DNA from: a virus
Lineage: Duplodnaviria; Caudoviricetes
Virus record (IMG/VR): IMGVR_UViG_3300023181_000035
Span: 1-54,693 of that record
Length of the DNA: 54,693 bases
Reading direction: 5' to 3' (one strand)
Below, in pieces: positions 43,348 to 54,200 of the stretch. The translations under genes were made by a program, and so were the position numbers. The notes beneath the pieces were generated by a model, which did not search any database, had not been told where the DNA came from, and saw only the letters and a program-made list of their open reading frames with translations. Position 1 is the stretch's first letter; the number at the start of each line of letters is the position of its first letter.

Positions 43348-46300
43348 TGTCTGTATAGTTCATTAATCTCTTTTTCTGTATAACTTATTTCTACTTTTTT
43401 ACCACCGACTAAAAAATAATTAGTAAGATAATAATAAAAAGAATCTTTACATTTCTCTAATTCTTGTTTCCAGTAATTTTCATTTTCTTCCTTCATAACT
43501 TATTACTTGTTTACCGTTAATTGTTTCTATTTTACCTACAGCAATATAACTGTTTCTTTCTTTTACTTTGTATTTTAGGCCAAGCTTCTTTTTTATTTTA
43601 TTCCAGAAATTTAAAGGCTCTTCTGGTAAATAATCATCAAATCCAAAAGTATATTGAGGCCGCTTATAGTCCTTACTCATTTGCCAGATAATTGGTTTAT
43701 TTTGTATCATATATCTTCATTATTTTAAATATCCCCACATTTACTTTCTCCGCATATTCTAATAACTCTGTTTTTGAGTCAAACCATTCCGCCCAAATAA
43801 ATCCTTTGAATCGTTTATGTTCGTCTGACCAATAACCATGACCATCAATATCATGAATTACATAACCTGTTTTCATATTGTTCTTTATATGTTAATTGTA
43901 TTTCTTCTAATATATCCACTGAACTTAGTTCTACACAGTCTTGACAAATTAGTGTATTGTTATAGAAGTCTGAAGGTTTGAAACCGTGATAATTTATTAG
44001 TTTTCTTTTCGCAGCCTCTGGCTTTAAACGTAGTGCGCCGATTGGTGTTATTTTAGACTTTTTCATGACTTACCTTATAAGTTAATAATCTATCCATTTG
44101 TTTCTGTAACTTTTCAACTTCATTATCAATATTAGCATTAAATTCAGCTACATTCAAAAGCCTGACTGTTTCTTGTCGGCCATAATCTGACCCTCTTACA
44201 ATTTCATAAGCCTCAAGAGTTGTGTATTTACCACTGAAGATAATATCATCTGAGTATCCTGATCTATTCGCTCCCCAATACCCTCTATAACATCCCGCCC
44301 ACACAACAGCTAAATCATTTGGATTAGAGACAGTTAAATCTAAAGCTTTTTGATCACGTTCTTTGCACCAAATATGTTTTTCTATTTGATGACGTTTCAT
44401 TTCTTTATCTTCAAATAAAATAGTGTCGTATTCTTTTGCTCTGTGTGCTATGATGTCTGTGTAAACTATTTCTGTATCATCATATCTTGATTCTTTTAAT
44501 TTTTCTGCGTCAAGATTGCGCATTTCTGCTAGGCCTTTACTTCTTGCTTCTCCTCTTGTTTCGCAGTTTACATATACGTCTTCAAAATACCAAGGCTCAC
44601 TTAGATCTTTTACAGATATTTTCCAAGCTTTTTTAATTATTTGTTCCATGATTCCTGATATTTTAAATTAAATTTCTTATAGTGTTTAATCCACAATTTC
44701 TTCTTAGCTTTTGAGAAATCTTCATCTCTTTTTTGTCTGTCCTGCATACTTTTAGAAAGTTCTTCCCAATCTACAGGTGTGTTGTAACTAATTACTTCTT
44801 GGCTCATACGTTTCGACCAAGCATAAATACCTTCTCCTGGTTGGATATCCATCTTTGTTTGCGGGAAAAAAGATTTATAAAGAAGTTCTTTCTCATTCTC
44901 ATAAGCTCTATGAACAGACTCATCAATAGAATTATACTTAGTTTCCCAAGGAAAATACTCTGGATATTTTTTAACTGTTTCTTCAATTCTTTTGTACATT
45001 TCTGACCCACATGATGTTTTAGTCCATAAATAACATTGTGCTTCTATTACTTCGAATGGTAAGTTTTTCATTTCTTCAATTTAAATATAAAACCTGTTGA
45101 TACTTTATCTTTAAACATTTCCTCGGCCTCTGCTTGTACTCCTTCTGACTCAATCATTCTTAGATATAAATCAGGAGATTTTAAACCTACTACTGCACAT
45201 GTTTTATCTAATTGTAGTTGAACTGCTATTGCTTTTATTGCGGAAATTGTAAGCCCTACTCTTCTTGATTGTTCTTTTATCATGTTAATTTTAAATCAAT
45301 TGCTAAATTTATTGTCATCACTTTTCTACGGGGATCTTTTATATGCTCTGTATAGTAATTTGGGTGATACTTTTCTATCCAAATATGTAATTCTGAATCT
45401 GCTTCAAGTTTAGATAGTATTTCTAACTTTGTTTTGTTGTCAAATTTATCTGTAAATAGGTTTTCGAAAAAGTCGTCTAAATCTGTCATATTATTTTATT
45501 TGTTATTTCGGCGAAAAAAGTTAAACAAACAGTCTTTGAGGACAGTTATCACTATGTTCACCCGTAGTCATATAGCAACACATACATTCATTTGAAGGTT
45601 GACTGCTCTCCCACAAATCAATTATTTCTTGCTCTGCTTCAGCTAATGTAATAGTGCCGTCATTTAAATTGTCAAATACTTCTCTTATTTCTTTTATCAT
45701 AATGTATTAATATCTATTGCAAGTCCATTTTTAATTAAATCATATCTCCAGTCAAAGTGCCATTCATCTAGTTTTTCTATTATATCTGAAATCTCATCAA
45801 AACCTAATGAATAAGAAAAAATATCATAAAATGAAAAATGTAAAGTATTTTTATTTTTACCATCGTCATAGTCCATAAATCTATCATCAGAAAAACAGAT
45901 TTTTTCATCTATTCTTCTAAGTTCTTCAATAGGTACAAACGTTTCTCCATTAATTTCTATTTCTTTTGTAAGGTCGGATAGTGGCCGTAGGATTGGGAAA
46001 ATATCTTCTAAATCGTACTGTTCATTTACAGTTCTACCTATTTCGTGAAGATCTACATCTGTAAAATCTGTAATTCCTTGAATTTGAAAAATCTTCTTAC
46101 CTTCTCCTTGTGCCATACAATTAATTTTATAAGGTAAATAACCAACAATATGTTTTAATTCTAATTTCATATATTTCTATTTAAATACAATTTATATCTG
46201 GCCAATCTATACAGTAGCTCATTATTATAATTTTGTCTCGCTTCCCACATTACATATTTCCACCAAATTCTTTTAATTGCTTTCATATTTTCCGCAAAAA

Positions 46301-47011
46301 AGAATTAAAAACAGTTATTTTATGAAAATCACAAACATAATACAACTGCTCTTGAAAAGAAGGATACTGATAATGTTCATAATTAAATACTTTCGAATTA
46401 TGAAGCTCTTGAAGAAAAATAAACTGTTCTCTAATTGTCTCCATAAAATTCTCATCATTTAATCCATAATCACAATAGTCATACATATTCAAATGAGAAG
46501 CAATATCTCTACAATACAAATGACTTTTAAAAGTATAAACATCATCTATCTTATTACATTGTCTTTCGTATTGACTCCCTTTTTCAATTTTTTCTAAACA
46601 TAAATCACATCTATGTTCTTTTCTGGATTTTAATATTTTTGAGCTGATTACTTGCATAATTGTCCATCTTTTACTAAATCCAAACCTGTAAAAGAATTCA
46701 TGTCAGAATCCTCTACATTAATAAACTCATAAGGATTTCTTTCTAAATAAATATACCAATGAGCTCCAGTAGTTTCTGTATAAAATTCCATTATATTTTC
46801 TTGACCTACTATCTCTCTTTGCCATTCAAAAACCCTATCTACATCTTCTTGCTCTTCTTTAGTTCCTTTGTCATATAAACTCGGTGAAGATACTTTACAT
46901 TCTATAAATGGAGTGCCGTGTTTTGTTTTTCCCAAAGTTACTTTTGCTCTTTTCGGTAATGCTTCTCTAATTCTGTTTAAGTCTATGGTTTTCATGTTAT
47001 TTAATTTTTTG

Positions 47012-47043
47012 TAAATTTAGTTTATTTATTTTTATTGTGCAAG
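47012..47043 (-). promoter_or_regulatory. Bacteroidota-type promoter (minus strand)
   Basis: Minus strand CTTG-N20-TAAATTTA upstream of the ORF starting at 46995. Confidence 0.5.
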
Positions 47044-47054
47044 ATAAATTTAAT

Positions 47055-48152
47055 TTATTTGCTAAAATATGTCGAACTGGTTATATTTAATTCTAAGTTT
47101 GTTAATAAAGGCATTATATTTCTTTTTATATCCCTATTTATTTTTGAGCAAAGCGGTTGAAAATTACTCCAATGATTCAGTAGGTATAATTCTTCTTCAT
47201 TTCTTGCTTTTGTGATAGGTATAATATGGTCTAAATCCCATGAGCAATTATAATTTAGTTCGGAACAAATGTTACCATGATTTTCCCAAGTCATCCAGTT
47301 TAAAAACTGAGATTCAATATGCTTTTTGAATTCTTGTATTGTACATTGTAATATTTCTTCTGTTCTTTTTGATTTAATTACTTTTCCTTTTGATGTAGAT
47401 TTTATACTTTTTCTTATTAGCCCTTTAATGTTGTTTACTAACATATACTCCTTATCATGCTTCCAAGTGTTGTTGTACTCTTCTCTCTTTTTCTCCCTCA
47501 AATAATCTTTGTTTTCCTCCCTCCATTTTTTATTTGACAACGCTATTATTTCTTTATTATTTTCTCTGTAGGTTGAATCACAAATTTTACAATAACAATT
47601 ATGGCCTGTTTTGGTGCCTTTATTTTTATTAAAATTCTCTAATGTTTTAGTCTCTTTGCATTTAGGGCATTCTTTTAAATTATCATATGGGATTATTTTA
47701 TCTTTGCTTTCAATTAAAGTAATAACATATACCTTATTGCAGTCTTTACATTGAGAGTCAAATCCATCTTTTTGTATACTAGCTTTGAAAAATTCTGAAG
47801 TGGGTTTTGCAATATTGCATTTTCTGCATACTTTATGACTTACTAATTGTTTTTCTTTATTTTTTATTAATTGAGCATCTTGCTTGGTACAAACTTTACA
47901 TCTCGAATTATAACCAGTGGTTTTGTGTTTAGTTTTTGAAAAATCTTTTAATTCCTTTGTAAAACCACAACCAGAGCAAGTCTTAATTCCTCCAATAGGT
48001 ATTATTTTTTCTTTAGCGTTTCTTTCTTCATCTTTTATCTTAGTACATGATTTACATACAGAAGTCACGCCATATTTACCTCTTTTTTGGCTATAATATT
48101 CTTCAATTGTTTTTTCTGTATTACAATAAGTGCAGATTTTTACTAAGCTCAT
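47055..48152 (-). CDS. HNH endonuclease with four CxxC...CxxC zinc-ribbon repeats
   Basis: Four K.C..C...K....F.........C..C repeats; FKKHIESQF...MTWENHG...WDLDHIIP...LNHWSNFQPL...N. Confidence 0.82.
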   Translation of the reverse strand: MSLVKICTYCNTEKTIEEYYSQKRGKYGVTSVCKSCTKIKDEERNAKEKIIPIGGIKTCSGCGFTKELKDFSKTKHKTTGYNSRCKVCTKQDAQLIKNKEKQLVSHKVCRKCNIAKPTSEFFKASIQKDGFDSQCKDCNKVYVITLIESKDKIIPYDNLKECPKCKETKTLENFNKNKGTKTGHNCYCKICDSTYRENNKEIIALSNKKWREENKDYLREKKREEYNNTWKHDKEYMLVNNIKGLIRKSIKSTSKGKVIKSKRTEEILQCTIQEFKKHIESQFLNWMTWENHGNICSELNYNCSWDLDHIIPITKARNEEELYLLNHWSNFQPLCSKINRDIKRNIMPLLTNLELNITSSTYFSK

Positions 48153-48159
48153 ATCTTAT

Positions 48160-48254
48160 AAAATAAAACCCACCCAATAGGACGGTTCGAGCGCCTAAAA
48201 GGTGGGGTAACAATAATTTCTTTTAAATTAATTAAACCTCGAACGAATAATCAA
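48160..48254 (-). ncRNA. Putative kissing-loop structured leader RNA C
   Basis: Minus strand: hairpin 1 loop gttcgag (48238-48244) complementary to hairpin 2 loop ctcgaac (48185-48191); stem cccacc/ggtggg then U-tract. Confidence 0.65.
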
Positions 48255-48259
48255 CGAGG

Positions 48260-48291
48260 CAAATATACAACTTATTTTTCAATCTGCCAAA
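48260..48291 (-). promoter_or_regulatory. Promoter for leader C and the HNH gene
   Basis: Minus strand TTTG-N20-TATATTTG. Confidence 0.7.
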
Positions 48292-51200
48292 TTAATTACT
48301 ATCTTTATTCATAAATTGCCACATTGGTATACTCCAGAAATCATTTGATTGCACTTCTTGATAGAAAACCTTGCTATGAAACGCCTTTCCTGGGTCTGCA
48401 AGTTGATTCAGTGAATTTGAAAATGGTGCTATTTTACCAACACTACTTAAAACTTTACCTTCTTTAAAAGAATTTTCCTCTAACAATTTGTTTAAAGATA
48501 AAATTTGATCAAAAGCTTGCAAGGGCTGTTTTACTGTTTGCCAATAATTGTTTGCTATACCTGTATTTGCAGCATGTAATTCTCCAACAAGTCTATAAGT
48601 AAGCAAATTAGCCATTTGTAAACTCCAATTTTTACGCTCGGGATCGTCATCGGCTAGGCCTCTAAGTAACATAGAAATCAACATAACTGTGTTAATGAAT
48701 AGCAAATCGACACCTAAACGCTTGATCGAAGACTTACGAAATTCTGATTTTTCAATACCGCTTACAACTTCTTCTTTTAAGTCTTGCAATTCTTGATTTT
48801 CTTCAGGAGTTCTATTATTTATAGCTTCTAATTCTGTTATCCTTTGATCTTGTTCTGTGAAGTTGCCATTATATTGGTTCTTAAATGCCTCTATAAAGTT
48901 ATTGCCATTTTGCTTCCATTCCTTTACAACATCTCCAAATAAGCGGTATATTCCTGAGTAAGATCCTCCTTCATATTGTCTAGATTGGGTGTTAAATCCT
49001 TCAGCCTTAAATCTCTCCGTGAAAGTCACAATCATATAACCTTTAAACATCATTAAGAAATTTAATAGAAAGTGGCGATGAGCGGCTGTTTTATCTTCCG
49101 AACTGATCTGCTGGTCAATTCTAACATTAATATTTTTTATCTGAATTCTTAAATCACCTGTAAAACGATTTATTTCTCTGTCTAATTCTTCATCCGAATA
49201 CTCATTACCATTTGTATCTCTTAATAATGCTTTTAATTTTTCTCTATTAAAACTCACTATACCATCATCTGTAACATCTTGGAAATTATAAATTACATCA
49301 TTTTCATTTGACCATTTTTCTTTTATTTCTGCGTTTGTTATTTTTAAATTCTCAATTCTTTGATTACGCTGAAAATCTGTAAATTTAACAACTTTTCCAT
49401 TAACAATTCTAAAATCATTTAAAACTGTAAGCATTCCTTTACCATACAGAGGGTAATTGGTAGCTTGGTAAAGCATCATAGAGCTTTTTGAAAGAAATCT
49501 AGGCAGTGCACCAAATTTTGCACCATACAAACTATTTTCTAATTCAAATGCTCCATAATATTGTCCTAGGGAATTTAATTTAGATTTTGTTCTTACATGA
49601 TTTATCTCCATCATAGCCTTACCAACTTGGTCATGGTAGATAGCACTTCCTCTTTTAAATGAATCATTGTTAATATATTGACCAACTATTCTTTCAACAG
49701 TTTGTTTTGATTTAGCTGTTAAATAAGCTGTGGCTGGCACTATTACACTTCCCCCAAGGCCTTTGAACCTTAAAAAACTACCTAATCCATTGATTACCTT
49801 ACCACCATCTATTTTGCCGACAAAAGGAACGTCAATTGTAGCCGTACTAGCTTGTTTAATACCGAAAAAATCATTATCCATCGAACTATCAAGAGCTTTA
49901 AACCTATTAGTAGTAGTTCCTATCTTCCCATCAGCATTTGTTCTTGTAGAAGCTTTATCTATAATAGCCATAGCATCTCCAAAATATTTTACTCTGGAAG
50001 CATAGATATTCGCAGCTTTATTTGTCATAGCAAGTCCATGGAAAATATCTTCTGTAATATCTGTTTGATTTTCTAATCTCGCATAAAAAGGTTTTGGAAT
50101 ACTTTTGTTTGCAGTTCCTAATCTATTATCCCCCTGTATCTGGTCATCCTCAGTATATGTGGTTATGTTCTCAAAAGCATCTTTTATAGACTGCCCTGAC
50201 AAACTTTTTAATCCTCCTAAATAGCGTTCAATTCCTTGCTTTCTGATTTGCGGAGTTAAATAGATATTATAACTCGAATCTCCGTCCATGAGTGCAATTT
50301 GATCTTTTCTCAGCTTTATTGTAGCTTTGTAGACTTCGAATAGTTTTTCATTTTTTGTGGCCGAAACATAATTACCTTCATTATCTCTTGTAACTATGCC
50401 AAATAAAGTTTTAAATTCTGAATTTTCATATTTAGTAGCATTAGGCTGTTGGCTTCCCATCCCAGAATTAACAATATAATCAGAGTTTATTTGAGAAGTA
50501 TCTTCATCTTGAAAACTGTAATTAGGTTTTACTTCTACATATTGGTATTGTCCCTGCTCTAAATTATTTAGAATTTCGCTTACAGGTTTATCACTATTCA
50601 AATCACTTTGAAATTCTACATATCCTTGCGGTGTATATCTTCTATAATAAGGCAATAATCTGCTTTCTGCAAAACTTCTTACAAACTGATTTTTAGTTGT
50701 TGGTTCAAGTAAATCTTCTTTAGACAGATTTTGTTCTTCTAATTTTCTCATTACAGATTTAGGAAGAGTTTCTCTAAAACCGTTTATGTAACTCTCTATG
50801 CTATCTTGCATTTGTTGAGTTGTTTTTCGGTTTTTGGCCGTCATATTCGCTTTAGCTTCTTCCACGATCTTATTGGTTAAAATCTCAAGCTCAACTCCTG
50901 CTGTATCTGTTGTATCAAGTCCTAAATCTAAAAGTCTTTTATTCCAGGACTCATTTACTCCCGAAACTCCCTCTACAAGATTTTCAATATCTTCAGAAGT
51001 AATATCTGCTGTTAATTCTCTTGCTTCGGCGTAAAGTTCTTCTAAATTCTCTTGGATATCCCTCACTGTTTGTCTGGCCAATTCAGGCATATTCTCAACA
51101 TCAGTTTCTGATGGATTTGAAGATTTAGTATAAACTTTAATAATGTTTTTAAGTCTGAAACTATTTGCTTTAATATCTTCTATTAAGTCTTCATTTCCTC

Positions 51201-54200
51201 CTATGTCTTCAAGCTTATCTACTAACCCCTTATTATTACCAAAACTATCCCAGAAATCGCTTGAAAAGCCTATTTGAGAGTTTAATTCTAGTGCTTGTAT
51301 TTGAGTTTGTCTGTTGTCTTTACTTAGAATTAAATCTATGAAAGATTGTGGTAATTGAGAACTTCCTTCAGGTGTTGTATTATCATAAGAGTTGTCTAAT
51401 TTATTTAAATCTAACGCTTGTCTTGAAGGCGCAGGTAATTGATCAATGTCGCCAATAGCTTCAATGATTGTTTTTCCTTCTTCGTTTTGGCTGTATTTTA
51501 AACCTTCTTTTAGATTTCCAAGTTCATCAACAAAGCTCTTAAGTTGTTTCCTTTCTAAATTTAAGGTGTTTAACTGTTGTATGTCTTGTCCGCTAAGTAA
51601 AGTTAAATCTATTTTACCATTAGCATCTCTCGCTCTTTCTGTTATTCTTCTTTTATCGGCATTAAGTCCTCGAAGAATGTTTTGAGTGTTTTTAGAAATA
51701 TTTAGATTGACGAATTTTTGTTCTAATTCAGCATAATATTCGTCTTTCATTCGGCGCTCAGACTCATTTTCATTTAGCTTTCTTGTAGCTTCATAAATAC
51801 TGTCCTTTTGCTCATCTGACCATTCTAATGTACCTTTACTTCTTTTATTTAGAATTTCTTCATCTTTAAGTTTAGTGTCGGTAAATACTTTTTTGTACTC
51901 TTGCAAGAAGTTTTCATCTAACTGTTTTTGATAACCTGCAATATCTCTTTCTGACAAGAAATATCCGTCTTTGACAAATGTAGAAATAACTTTTTCGTCA
52001 AACCCATTATCGTAAATAACTTTTTGCCAGTTTTTAATTTGATTGTGATCTGCGCGAGATCCTTCAGAAATCATTCCTGTTTTAACAGTTGCAAAAAGAG
52101 ACATTAAAGCATCTGGACTTGATTCTAATGTCCCAAAAGTGGAGCCTATCCAGCTAATATCGTTCTCCGCACTCACTGTCCAACGCATCATAGCCTCTTT
52201 TTCTCTAGCACTTAAGCCCCTGTCAATCGTAACGGCATTAATTTGCTTCTCAATACTTTGTTGTTGAGTTACGTCTCTTTGTGCTTTTAAATTAGATATA
52301 TTTTGAATTGAATCTCCAATGCTTTTGGATAGTGTTTGCCAAACAGTTAGTTTATTTAAAGTGGTGTCGTCTTCTATCAGCTTTTTAATTACACCTAAAG
52401 TGTCTGTTGTTTCCCCTATAAGGTTTTTAAAGATCATAACTTCTTCTTGTGATAAGTCGTAATTTTTTCCTTTATCTTGTGAATCTTTTATCGCGGCGAA
52501 AAGTCTATTAACATTATTATCTGCAATTCTGGCCACTGTGGCCACAGCATGAACTTCTAATTTATCGTCAAGTTCTTTTTGTACAGCTAAAAGTCTGTTT
52601 TTATTAAATTGAGATCCTTGTTGATTTCTGGATAAATCGTCATTTTCCCTACTTAAAATATCAATTTGTTTTTTAGTTTCTTCCGCGATTCTTTTAGCAT
52701 TTGTAGAGGTATCTAAAGAATAAAATCTTTTTCGATTGTTATCTAAGTTATCTAATTGTAATCCACTGATATCACCTGTATTTAAAATATCTTGAATATC
52801 TGTAATAATTCCATTTAAATCAGAAATGTATTGAGGTTTGAAATAAGAAGCAATATCTTGAAAAAACTGTTGGATAAATTGAATTGCGCTATTAAAGAAA
52901 TTTTGAGTTGTTTCAGAAACAGGCGCTGATTGTTGAACAGCATTTAAAGCTATCTTTCCTAAAACTTCTTTACGAACAGCCATTTCAGTTTCTTCTGCAT
53001 TATATTCTCTACTGTAAACTTCTCTGTAAGTTTGCGCAAATTCTTTATATTCTTCCGACTTATCTATGTTTCTAAGTACGTTTTCAAGTCTTTCTTGTGG
53101 AAGTGCTTCTACTATAAAGTGAATTGTTTCTTCGGTTAAGTTTTCTAGTGTTTCTGCGCCTGTTTGAAAAGCAATAACTCTTTGTGCAATATCTGCTAAA
53201 GCCTCAGCCTGGATAGGTACAGAATTTCTAATTTGAAATTTCTCAGTATAATTTGTAATTGAAGTTACAGTTACACCCATGTTTTTAAGAAGTTTATATA
53301 AAGATAGTTTAACTTCATCTTCTGTTTTTACAGTTTCTGGTTGTTCTTCCTCTGAAGTTTCTCTGTATAAAGGTACGTTTCTTTTATATTCTCTTTCCGC
53401 GAAAATCTCTTCATAATTCTCATAACGAGCTTTAAGTTCATCAATTGATAGTTCGTCTAATTCTTGCGCATCAATTATTTGTCTTTCTCCACTTTTAGTA
53501 TAAACTGCTGTTTTACCTAAATTCTCATTAAGTCTTACAGTTGTTCCAGAAACCTCAATTCCTAAAGAACCTAAATTTGTCATTGCCGAATTTGCCAATA
53601 AATCTAAAGAAACATTTTTCTTCATTTCTGAACTTCCTTCACTCTGAAGCAAATATTCATTACCTATTTTCACTCTGGTTTCAGCCATTGTTCCCTCTAA
53701 AATAGATGCTTGTGTAAAACCATTAACAGAAGACTTATCTACGTTTTTGGTTACAGACATTACAGAGGTGAATTCATTATTTGAAGTGAACCCTAATTCT
53801 ATTTTTTGGCCGTCTACAGCTTCTTTTAATGCGGATTTTAAAGAGCTGAATTGGTTTCCATTTACTTCATGAACGAATTGAATACCGCTTTCATTTATTG
53901 AAGGATTACTTACAAAATATTGAAACTGTTGTATGTCTTTCGCCGAACCTAAAACATGAATTTGATCACTATTAGGAACAACAATTTCATCCATATTGTT
54001 ATTGGTAGTGTAAGATACAATTACGCCATCATACCCTTCATTTTCTAATTCTTCGCTGGTTTTAGGAGCTATAATAGTTTTAGAATTTCTATATAAAGGA
54101 TTGGTTATATTTAGAATTACATTTTTTACCGCGCCTTTTTTACCTGTATCCATATTAATTGAATACCCTTCAGCTTTAAAAAAGTTATCTGTAAAATAAA

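Noticed and set aside
49730-51685. Plus-strand ORFs inside the 2102-aa gene, and similar antisense ORFs elsewhere (e.g. 356..607, 15073..15432, 23056..23436)
   Set aside because: Shadow ORFs fully antisense to well-supported genes or promoters, with no motifs.
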